The notes under the pieces: generated by a model
What the model was told of the DNA's origin: nothing
The model's input: only the letters and a program-made list of their open reading frames with translations
Databases searched by the model: none
Shown here: in pieces, positions 23,634 through 31,288 of the stretch
Position numbering within the stretch: position 1 is the stretch's first letter
Layout: every line of letters begins with the position of its first letter
Assembly (NCBI GenBank): GCA_018303045.1
Contig: JAGVYX010000035.1
Span: 1 to 47,877, forward strand
Direction of reading: 5' to 3'
From: Candidatus Woesearchaeota archaeon
GTDB taxonomy: Archaea > Nanobdellota > Nanobdellia > Woesearchaeales > GW2011-AR9
Length of the DNA stretch: 47,877 nucleotides
Position numbers and translations under genes: made by a program

Positions 23634-24686
23634 ATGATCAAAAATCTTAAAAAAGGAATAAATCCTAAAAAAGGAATCAATCTTAAGAACGGAATTATTG
23701 GGTTTATATTATTGCTATTTGTGCTTAGTGTAGCGCCTTTGGTATTAGCTGATGGGGATGCTGATAAAGATATAGATAAAAATAATGCTAATGAAAAATC
23801 AGAAATCAAAATTGAAATAAAAGAAAAATTGCGCGAGCGCAAAGAGAATCTGGAAGAGAAAACGCAGCAGCGGCAGGAGATAATCAGCCAAGCGCGCGGG
23901 CGGGTAAGGGAAGTTAAAGAAAAAGTTGCCGATGCTAGTTTAAAATCCAGTGAAGTCAAAGACAAATATACTGAAGCTAAGCAAAAGTATCGCCGACAAA
24001 GGGAGGTTATAACCGATCTTAAGGAACGTGTCAGGAACTGCGATAAAGATTGTCAGAAAAAAAAGTCTCAGTTGAAGCATGGAGTGAGCCAGCATTTAAT
24101 TAAAACAGGAGAGCTAATGGAATGGTCAATTGAGCATTTGCTTCAGCGCTTGGAACATGCGCCTATTAGCCAGGAAGAGAAAGATACAGCCACGGCAACT
24201 TTATTGGCCTTGGAAGAGCGGCTAATTCAACAGCGAAAACTGGTGGAAAATCTGGGGGAAAATGCCAGCAATGAGCAGCTGCGCGAAGCTATTGCTGATC
24301 TGAAATCAACCTGGAAAGAAGTCCGGCAGGTTCAAAATCGGGTGATTGCTTCCTTAACTCAGGCTAAATTATCCGTTTTGCTGGAAAAGCACCAAGAATA
24401 TCTTAATGGCTTGGATTTGCGGATTGCTTCGCTTAAAGAAAAAGGCTTGGATGCAAGGGAATTGGAAGTCATCCGCAATCAATTTGAGAAGCATATTCAG
24501 CAATTTAGTCTGGATTTTGCCAAAGTAGAAGAAATCTGGATGGAAGCGCAGACTGGCCGGGATGTTTTACGAGAGCTGCATAATGGGCAGCAGCAATTGA
24601 AAGAAGAAATTAAAATAACTAAGCGCTTGCTGCATGAGTTTATGAACAAATTTAGAGAATTAAATCAACTGGCCAAAACCGAATAA
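23634..24686 (+). CDS. Secreted/anchored coiled-coil protein
   Basis: I start at MIKNLKKG, which has a GGAGGG SD 6 nt upstream. A TM/signal GIIGFILLLFVLSVAPLVLA is followed by a long K/E/Q-rich coiled coil. The N-terminus has a KKGINPKKGINLKNGI repeat. Confidence 0.5.
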   Translation: MIKNLKKGINPKKGINLKNGIIGFILLLFVLSVAPLVLADGDADKDIDKNNANEKSEIKIEIKEKLRERKENLEEKTQQRQEIISQARGRVREVKEKVADASLKSSEVKDKYTEAKQKYRRQREVITDLKERVRNCDKDCQKKKSQLKHGVSQHLIKTGELMEWSIEHLLQRLEHAPISQEEKDTATATLLALEERLIQQRKLVENLGENASNEQLREAIADLKSTWKEVRQVQNRVIASLTQAKLSVLLEKHQEYLNGLDLRIASLKEKGLDARELEVIRNQFEKHIQQFSLDFAKVEEIWMEAQTGRDVLRELHNGQQQLKEEIKITKRLLHEFMNKFRELNQLAKTE

Positions 24687-24719
24687 TTTTTATTTAATCT
24701 TAACTTAATACAGAAATAG

Positions 24720-24938
24720 ATGGAAAACAAGAACTATAAAGCTCTTTTTAGGATAGTTATAATTGTTTTAGTAATGGTTTTTCTCTTTGGTTGTATTATT
24801 GAAGAGGTTCCATCTCAAAGTTCTGAAGAGTTGGAAGTTTCCAGTTTGCTGGAGAACTTAGGTGAAATTGACCATTTGGATGAAGGCCTTAACGGCGATC
24901 TAACCTTGGATGAATTGGATAATATAACTTTGGAGTGA
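24720..24938 (+). CDS. Small membrane-anchored acidic protein (72 aa)
   Basis: One TM (FRIVIIVLVMVFLFGCII) followed by an acidic tail. Confidence 0.4.
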   Translation: MENKNYKALFRIVIIVLVMVFLFGCIIEEVPSQSSEELEVSSLLENLGEIDHLDEGLNGDLTLDELDNITLE

Positions 24939-24942
24939 GTTT

Positions 24943-25217
24943 AGGGGCACGCCCGTGGTCGAATGGCTACAGCCCCAGTTGGTTTAACCCCCGCAGCTTC
25001 TCGGGCTTGCGACCCCAGGAACATAGAGATTGAAGGTTAAGGCTGCTTTCTTCCGAATCTGACCTGATTCCCAGCAAGTCCATCCCCTGGGACAAACCGT
25101 CGGCAAAGACAGCAGGGACCAATGAGACCATGGCAATCCTTCTTTGGGCTTCGGCTCCGTGTAAAGTCCATTCACAGTAACAGCGCAGGACTAGCGCGCC
25201 AGCCTAGCTCTCCCTCG
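24943..25217 (-). ncRNA. Signal recognition particle RNA (archaeal 7S/SRP RNA); ends approximate
   Basis: The minus strand reads CAGGUCAGAUUCGGAAGAAAGCAGC (25066-25042). This is the helix-8 motif, compare E. coli 4.5S CAGGUCAGGUCCGGAAGGAAGCAGC. The 5' domain has GCUAGGCUGG (25207-25198) and GAGCCGAAGCCC (25157-25146), as in archaeal Alu domains. The region is a GC-rich island in AT-rich DNA, and a TATA box lies 21 nt upstream. Confidence 0.8.
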
Positions 25218-25237
25218 ATAATGAGTTTAACTGGAGT

Positions 25238-25245
25238 TTATTTAA
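25238..25245 (-). promoter_or_regulatory. TATA box (tttaaata on the minus strand) for the SRP RNA
   Basis: Its position relative to the first G-rich nucleotides of the RNA (about 25217) fits archaeal -26 spacing. Confidence 0.45.
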
Positions 25246-25327
25246 ATTTATTGTGCGTCCGGATCACACCAGATACCCAGACTGACTCACATATACCACT
25301 GGCGTGAAATCTATATAAAGATGCATC

Positions 25328-25409
25328 GGCAGTGTTAATATCTGACTGTTCCCCTAGTTAGTTATAATCTTAAATAAATAGTTTTTATCAGTCAAAGGAT
25401 TACACTATC
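25328..25409 (+). mobile_element. 82-bp MITE, copy B
   Basis: It runs ggcagtgttaatatctgactg...cagtcaaaggattacactatc and is flanked by a perfect 8-bp direct repeat gatgcatc (25320-25327 and 25410-25417). Confidence 0.85.
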
Positions 25410-25554
25410 GATGCATCATCTTCTTTAATAAGGCACTTCTCAGAATCACGGGCTATCGGCAATTTTGTCGGCGGTCTCGCCAGGGGCTTATTTTAAATTC
25501 CAGAAACATTAATTCCATTATATTTAAAAAATAGTTACTCTATTTCTTATTTTA

Positions 25555-26802
25555 ATGCCACCTTCTAAAACAAGCGCAGTAAAAAAAATCAGCTGGAAAC
25601 TGGCTAAATATTTTCTTTTCCTGCACTTGGGAACTCAGACGGCCTACTGCGGAAACGAATTCCTGCACACTATCAGCCCTTCAACAGTTAGAATTGCATT
25701 TGAAAAAACTGCCGGCTTTCCAATAACCGGTTGGAGATCCGATATTGAAGATAACCCGCAGGGAATTCTCGCGGCAGTATATGCTTTAGAAAAAGAACAG
25801 GCCGACGGACTGCACCAGCTAAGTTCACTACGGGTAGAATCAGGCCATTATTTTAAAAAAAATATTCTTGAACAATTAGCAGCTCTGGTTACTTCCGGCC
25901 ACGGAGGGTACTATATTCCAACATTAGAACAAATAGTAATTAATTCAGGTTTGGATCCAGAAACAATTCACCATGAGATTAAACATGCCAAAACGTTTAA
26001 AGTTTTAGAAAACCATCCTGAATTTAAAACGGAGTGGAACCAGTTAGCTGTTAATGGCGAGGGAACCAGTTTATATGCCAGTGCCTTAGAGCGAATCTTT
26101 TCCTGGATCAAGACCCGTAACCCTAAAGCTCCCGTAGAACAAGCCCGGCTGGAAGAACAAGGATTTGTATCATCCTATGCCCAGCTTAATTTACTGGAAG
26201 ATATTGCTGAAATTGGCGAACTGGCGGAAACCAGCCCTGAATTCTCCAGGATTGAATTATGGACGCAGAACCCGGACCGGTATTCCAAGATTATTTCTAA
26301 ATTTAAGCTGGCAGAGAAGTATGGCCTTATTTCTTCCGGATTTCTGGAGTATGTTGCTCTTTCCCAAAAATACCGGGAAGCTGATCCTGAAGGGAAGATT
26401 AGCGATGAAAATAAAGCGGATCATTTTCTGGAAGAAAGCAGACAGTTCCTTGAAAAATACCCTTTCAGTTCCTATTCCCTGCCGCTGCGGTTAGCGCGGG
26501 GAAATATCTTAGTGGCTAAAGCTCATATCTTGGTGGCTAGAGCTCAAAACTCTCGTGAAAATATCTACGAAGCCATAACAGAATATAAATTAGGGCTGAC
26601 CGCTGGCTATAAAACGCCGGAGGATTATCCCGCTATCTTAAGGAGATTGAGAAGCATTCATGAAACTATCACCTTAGATGCCTTCTGTTCAAGAGTCTAT
26701 AAAGAAGCTGAGCTAGAATTCTGGACACGATATCACGCCCATGATTTAACTCTTCCTAATAAAGGCGTAAACGATTTGCTAGAATGGTATGGTGAATTGT
26801 GA
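25555..26802 (+). CDS. Hypothetical secreted protein with an HExxH motif (possible metallopeptidase)
   Basis: The N-terminal hydrophobic signal is AKYFLFLHLGTQTAYC, and HHEIKH lies at roughly residues 140-145. There is no other family evidence. Confidence 0.35.
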   Translation: MPPSKTSAVKKISWKLAKYFLFLHLGTQTAYCGNEFLHTISPSTVRIAFEKTAGFPITGWRSDIEDNPQGILAAVYALEKEQADGLHQLSSLRVESGHYFKKNILEQLAALVTSGHGGYYIPTLEQIVINSGLDPETIHHEIKHAKTFKVLENHPEFKTEWNQLAVNGEGTSLYASALERIFSWIKTRNPKAPVEQARLEEQGFVSSYAQLNLLEDIAEIGELAETSPEFSRIELWTQNPDRYSKIISKFKLAEKYGLISSGFLEYVALSQKYREADPEGKISDENKADHFLEESRQFLEKYPFSSYSLPLRLARGNILVAKAHILVARAQNSRENIYEAITEYKLGLTAGYKTPEDYPAILRRLRSIHETITLDAFCSRVYKEAELEFWTRYHAHDLTLPNKGVNDLLEWYGEL

Positions 26803-26964
26803 TGGACAGAAGCGATGAATAGAACAATTAACCAGTATATTGACGCGTTAGTTTTGAAACAGTATCATCGATGATATTGTTGTTCCATGATTATGTTGTC
26901 GCTGCGCTAGAGATAGCTTGGATGACCACAATCCTTAATTACATTAAATAAATTTAATTCTAAA

Positions 26965-27906
26965 ATGCTGGATGCCATTTCAAACCACATCAAACAAACA
27001 ATAACCCAATGGGGAAAAGAAGATTCCATAATCCTTAACCAGGAAATGCATCAGATAAATCAACAGAATTTTCACACTATTCCTTCCAGCAATGAAGACA
27101 AAACCATCGCTTTTATTGATGGCGGACAGGCAGAAATTTTACAAACCGGGAACTTTTGCCTTTCTCTTATCCGGGTGGCCATAGTTATTTTTAAAAAAAA
27201 TATAAAAATTGGCCAGAAACTTCACGAATTCTACCTTTTTACTTCCGCAGTTTATCATCATGGCGAATTATATTATCAGGCCAGAACTTTCTTCAAAGAC
27301 AAAATTTTGGTAAGAGAACAAGACCTGTTTGTTTCATCCAATGATCCTTCACTAAAAAGCGGTTTAGAGAGAGCGCCTGTCCAGAAAATCTCCAGCATGG
27401 CCCGGCGATTTGCCGAGTTGGCCTTGGCGGCAGAGAGTAATTCAGATTTTATAATCCTTGACGGCGCCCTTGACAAGACATATATTAATGAAGAAAATTA
27501 CTTGAAATTACTAAATAAAAAAGCATCTGCTCTAGCTAAAACCTCTTCCTTATTTACCGTTAATGGCAATTCGCCGGCAACTTTGCTAAAACAGCTTCAT
27601 TCTAAGGAAACGTGGTTCTATGCGATAACCGAAAATACAGCCTTAGTTAAATTGCATCCCCAAACGAATCATATTTTTCGCTTTGAGGGAAACCGGGAAA
27701 TTCTTCCTTTTCTCATCAGCAATTCCCATGATGCCTTATTTCTAGGCTATCCTTATGGCTTGATGTTAGCTGATAAATTAGCCCGCGTTTCCCATCAGGA
27801 AAAAAATTCTTTAATCGCCCGCCTGCTGCTGAAATCAGATAACAAAATTATTTCTGAATACCTGCAAAATACTAATGCCCATGAAATATTGGATAATTTG
27901 GGCTGA
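26965..27906 (+). CDS. NurA-like 5'-3' nuclease domain protein
   Basis: IAFIDGGQAEIL (first acidic motif), FIILDGALDKTY (LDGSL-like) and the C-terminal LGYPYGLMLADKLARVS follow the NurA motif order. Confidence 0.5.
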   Translation: MLDAISNHIKQTITQWGKEDSIILNQEMHQINQQNFHTIPSSNEDKTIAFIDGGQAEILQTGNFCLSLIRVAIVIFKKNIKIGQKLHEFYLFTSAVYHHGELYYQARTFFKDKILVREQDLFVSSNDPSLKSGLERAPVQKISSMARRFAELALAAESNSDFIILDGALDKTYINEENYLKLLNKKASALAKTSSLFTVNGNSPATLLKQLHSKETWFYAITENTALVKLHPQTNHIFRFEGNREILPFLISNSHDALFLGYPYGLMLADKLARVSHQEKNSLIARLLLKSDNKIISEYLQNTNAHEILDNLG

Positions 27907-27980
27907 TGACAAAAATCAGTTTAAACTGAAGCTTCAAGTTTTTCTAAAACCTTAAATACCTTAATTAAATTTAAAGGATT

Positions 27981-28589
27981 GTGGCAAAATTACTCTTAAC
28001 TTCCACCGGGCTGGCAAATAAAAATATTGCTAATCAGTTCCTGCAACTAATTGGCAAGCCAGTTTCTCAAATTAAAATGATTTTTGTGCCCGCCGCCGCC
28101 AGAACTAAAGAGGAATTAAGATACGTTGAAGAATCTAAAACAGAACTCCTTAATTTAGGAATTTTAGCTGGTAACATTAAAACAATTCACTTGGATAAAC
28201 CTGTTTCATTTAAAGAAATTAAATATTTTGACACCCTCTATGTTTGCGGAGGAAACACTTTTTATCTGCTTAAAAAAGTTAGAGAAACTGGTTTTGATAA
28301 AGCCATAAAAGAATTTGTAAAAAAGGATAAACTTTATCTTGGAGTCAGCGCGGGGAGTATTTTAGCTGGCCCAAATATTGAAATTGCCAGCCCCTTTGAC
28401 AAGAATGATGTTCATTTGACGGATTTGACCGGGCTGCATTTAACTGAAATCATTGTTTCTCCCCATTATAACAATAAAGAAAAGAGAATCATTGATAATT
28501 TTAAGAAAAAGTCGCGATACAAAGTTGCGCCTTTAACTGATGAACAAGCGCTGTTAATTATGGATGGAAAAATAGGAATGGTGGAATAA
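27981..28589 (+). CDS. Peptidase E / S51-family dipeptidase (GTG start)
   Basis: YVCGGNTFYLLKKV and LGVSAGSILAG carry the nucleophile Ser, and the protein is ~200 aa. Confidence 0.75.
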   Translation: MAKLLLTSTGLANKNIANQFLQLIGKPVSQIKMIFVPAAARTKEELRYVEESKTELLNLGILAGNIKTIHLDKPVSFKEIKYFDTLYVCGGNTFYLLKKVRETGFDKAIKEFVKKDKLYLGVSAGSILAGPNIEIASPFDKNDVHLTDLTGLHLTEIIVSPHYNNKEKRIIDNFKKKSRYKVAPLTDEQALLIMDGKIGMVE

Positions 28590-28646
28590 AATAGCGGAAT
28601 AATTCAGGCACTAGCATCTGGGAGCGGTTTATTCTGAAAATTATTT

Positions 28647-28728
28647 GGTAGTGTTAATATCTGACTGATTCCTTAGTTAGTTATAATCTTAAATAAATAG
28701 TTTTTATCAGTCAAAGGATTACACTATC
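28647..28728 (+). mobile_element. 82-bp MITE, copy C
   Basis: It is flanked by a perfect 8-bp direct repeat aattattt (28639-28646 and 28729-28736). The right repeat contains the stop codon of the gene at 28731-30077. Confidence 0.85.
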
Positions 28729-28730
28729 AA

Positions 28731-30077
28731 TTATTTCCTATACGTTGTAACCTCCTCTGAAGTTAACAATCCTAATTTTTCCAAATATCGGAAGGCCGCT
28801 TTAAACTCCGGTTCCCGGCAGCTTGAAGAAATATCTTTTCTGCTAAAATAAGCCGCCCGATGGGAAAAGAACTCCTTAACTACCGCATCTGTTCCTTCGG
28901 GCAGAAAAGTTGTTTCTGGATGCCCCAGATAAGCGCGCCAGCCATTAAAACTCCTTATCTCCAGATCAGTAAAGTTGCCGGATGCGGAAATTGCTGACAG
29001 AACTCGCTCCGGCCACCTTTCTTCAGCATGAATCTGAGAAAGGTGATTTATAATTAAAGGCGCGTTTTTCTGATGCGCGGCATGTTCATAAACGTGCTGA
29101 GTCCGTTCTCTTGCGCCAAGAAAGATTGCCGGAATAAGTTTCTTGGACTTATTTACCGCAAAAGACAGAACCTCTCGATAATTGTTATCTTTAAATACAT
29201 TCATTGGCCTGGTTGTTCTGCTGTCCAACGGCAAGTCATGTTCCGGATAGATTAAAAAAACATTGCCTGGAACTAATTCTAAATAAGCTGGAGCAGTAAA
29301 CAAACGAGCGTCATTTTGCGGCTCAAAAAAATACCAGTTCTCAGGGTTATTAAATTCTCTCACGGAAGTGAAACTAAGAGGGGTATCGGCCAGCCACACT
29401 GCCGCTACAGAATGCGGCCGGGGGCGTTTTCTGGATTCAGTTCCGTCAGCATTTATTTCAATCATTTCCGGCCGGATAATTTCTACTTCACGCGCTGGAA
29501 GAAAAAATTTTCTTGGAACCAAAGGAATATCGTAACGGCTGTGTTCTGGCGTGTAAGACAACTTTTCGCCGGCGCGGCCGTAAGCCCACATAAACTTTCT
29601 GGTAAAATGGCGGCAGGTCATGGGGTTGTCTTCATCAATGCTTTCCACCCGGTCAGCAATGCATTTTCTAAATTCCGAATCATCAATTCCTTTAAAATTC
29701 TCAACACGACAGGGCTTATAATCCGGATCAGCAGGATCATCATAAAGATAATGTTCCTTATCGGTCATGTCCTGGGAAATAATCAGGCTGGTAAACCTCT
29801 CGCGCGCCGCTTTAGTCTTCAGCGCCGGCCAGATTTTTCGATGTTTCGGCCAGAGGCTTACCGCTCCGGCATACTTTTCCTTATCTACTGTCGCTGAATT
29901 AAGTATGCTGGATAGTTCGCGCTCTTCTGCTGGATCAAAGACATATTCCGGCGAGCGGCAGGCAGATGACCGGCAGCCGGCGCCAATCAAACTAACCACT
30001 GAAGCCACAAACTCTCTCCGTCCAAGAGTCGGACTAGCGGAAATTTTCTCCAGCTTCTGAATGATCTTCTCCAGCAT
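28731..30077 (-). CDS. Putative Tat/lipobox lipoprotein with a transglutaminase-like (papain-fold) Cys-His-Asp core
   Basis: LGRREFVASVVSLIGAGC combines a twin-Arg with a lipobox-like Cys. MTCRHFTRKFMWAYGRAG, PHSVAAVWL and NWYFFEPQND are spaced like the TGase-core C, H and D motifs. The gene is visibly more GC-rich than its neighbours, with long antisense ORFs. Confidence 0.4.
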   Translation of the reverse strand: MLEKIIQKLEKISASPTLGRREFVASVVSLIGAGCRSSACRSPEYVFDPAEERELSSILNSATVDKEKYAGAVSLWPKHRKIWPALKTKAARERFTSLIISQDMTDKEHYLYDDPADPDYKPCRVENFKGIDDSEFRKCIADRVESIDEDNPMTCRHFTRKFMWAYGRAGEKLSYTPEHSRYDIPLVPRKFFLPAREVEIIRPEMIEINADGTESRKRPRPHSVAAVWLADTPLSFTSVREFNNPENWYFFEPQNDARLFTAPAYLELVPGNVFLIYPEHDLPLDSRTTRPMNVFKDNNYREVLSFAVNKSKKLIPAIFLGARERTQHVYEHAAHQKNAPLIINHLSQIHAEERWPERVLSAISASGNFTDLEIRSFNGWRAYLGHPETTFLPEGTDAVVKEFFSHRAAYFSRKDISSSCREPEFKAAFRYLEKLGLLTSEEVTTYRK

Positions 30078-30162
30078 TTAGGGCAAGAAGTAAATAGATT
30101 ATTTAAGATTTATTTAAGTGTTAAGTAAAATTTCTAACTATCCGGCCGCCGCCATAATCTAA

Positions 30163-30262
30163 ATACATTATTCAAATACAAAGAATGATACATTATCCGA
30201 ATACTAAAAATAATACATTATCCAAATACAAAGAATAATACATTATCCAAATACTAAAAATA
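30163..30262. repeat. 4 x 25-bp tandem repeat (alternating A/B units, i.e. 2 x 50 bp)
   Basis: The four units are atacattattcaaatacaaagaatg, atacattatccgaatactaaaaata, atacattatccaaatacaaagaata and atacattatccaaatactaaaaata. Confidence 0.9.
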
Positions 30263-30264
30263 AT

Positions 30265-31230
30265 TCATCTTCTGGATTTCAACAGCGTCTTGGGATCTCT
30301 GGCTCTTACATAAACTAATTTATTCGAGTGCAGGTTCTGTTGATTATCTGAACAGCGCCCTTCGTAATTAAAAAGCTGGCTGCAGACATCTAAACCGTAA
30401 ATTGTATCCACCCGGCCGTATTGCGTTGGGAAAAAAGCCTGATCCTCCAGGCACTGATTAAATCTGCGGGAAACGGAAACTTTAGAATCTCCTCTTTTAA
30501 CCTGATAAAAAAAATCAGACCCGGCAGTTTTAAAATCACTCTTGCAGGACTCAACCCTTGATCTTAATTCTGGATTAGAATCTACCCCTTTTTCGTAATC
30601 TTTAATTTCCGCTTCCTCTCTTTCCTTCTGCAATTTTTGTTCATGAGCAGATTCTACTGCATAAGCCCCATTAAGCAAAACGCTAATCTGTTCTGAGCTT
30701 AATTCAGTCTCTTTAAGAACATCCATTAAATTGAAATCAGGATAACCGTCAAAAAATCCACCGCTTCCCAGAAATTTAGCCGCATAGACTATCTCCACGC
30801 CTTCCCCTCCATCAACTAACTGGTTATCATGCATTACTCTTAACTTGATATAACCTGGGCATTCCAGCTGAATCAATGAATCAGGCACTCCTTGGTTATT
30901 AGACGTATAATGCGCGGATTGCTTTCTGGAATCAATAGCTTCCAAAATTAAATCCCCATATCTAAGCTTATCTCCGGTGTTCATGCTTCCGAACAAATTA
31001 TCTAACTTTCCATTTTTAGTCAGGTACCCAGAGTTTAACCTAATCTCTTTAGAATCGGACCTTTCTTTAGATTCAGACGCTGCCGGCTCCGGATCGCACC
31101 AAAGGTGTTTAGCAGTTAAACGGTCAAAAGCAGTATTAGGGTAGAATAACTGATAGATTGCGGCAAGACCCATGCCAATAGCTCCCCAAGTTGGCGCTTT
31201 TTCAGTTAATTTGGCGGTTAGATTTACCAT
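30265..31230 (-). CDS. Hypothetical membrane-anchored protein (321 aa)
   Basis: The N-terminal hydrophobic segment is WGAIGMGLAAIYQLF. A weak LysM-like YQVKRGDSKVSVSRRF is not enough for a call. Confidence 0.45.
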   Translation of the reverse strand: MVNLTAKLTEKAPTWGAIGMGLAAIYQLFYPNTAFDRLTAKHLWCDPEPAASESKERSDSKEIRLNSGYLTKNGKLDNLFGSMNTGDKLRYGDLILEAIDSRKQSAHYTSNNQGVPDSLIQLECPGYIKLRVMHDNQLVDGGEGVEIVYAAKFLGSGGFFDGYPDFNLMDVLKETELSSEQISVLLNGAYAVESAHEQKLQKEREEAEIKDYEKGVDSNPELRSRVESCKSDFKTAGSDFFYQVKRGDSKVSVSRRFNQCLEDQAFFPTQYGRVDTIYGLDVCSQLFNYEGRCSDNQQNLHSNKLVYVRARDPKTLLKSRR

Positions 31231-31288
31231 GATGTGTTCGGGAATTAACCGCTAATTTATAAACATTCCTGCTGGTTACGGCTGCTGG

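Noticed and set aside
25161-25169. RNase P RNA, suggested by the + strand gtaaagtcc, which resembles CR-I GGAAAGUCC
   Set aside because: It is a single imperfect motif with no CR-IV/V partners. The minus strand carries several stronger SRP RNA signatures and a correctly placed TATA box.
24984-25307. Track ORFs 24984-25175 (-) and 25122-25307 (+) as protein genes
   Set aside because: They lie inside or over the SRP RNA gene. The open frames are a by-product of the GC-rich RNA sequence, and neither has an SD or a recognisable motif.
16383-25409. Composite transposon delimited by inverted MITE copies A and B
   Set aside because: The 9-kb interval includes the essential SRP RNA gene. Each MITE has its own independent 8-bp TSD, so they inserted separately.
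29073-30060. Track + strand ORFs 29073-29255, 29316-29897 and 29767-30060
   Set aside because: They are antisense to the 448-aa gene in a GC-rich segment, with low-complexity Arg/Ser/Phe-rich translations typical of shadow ORFs.
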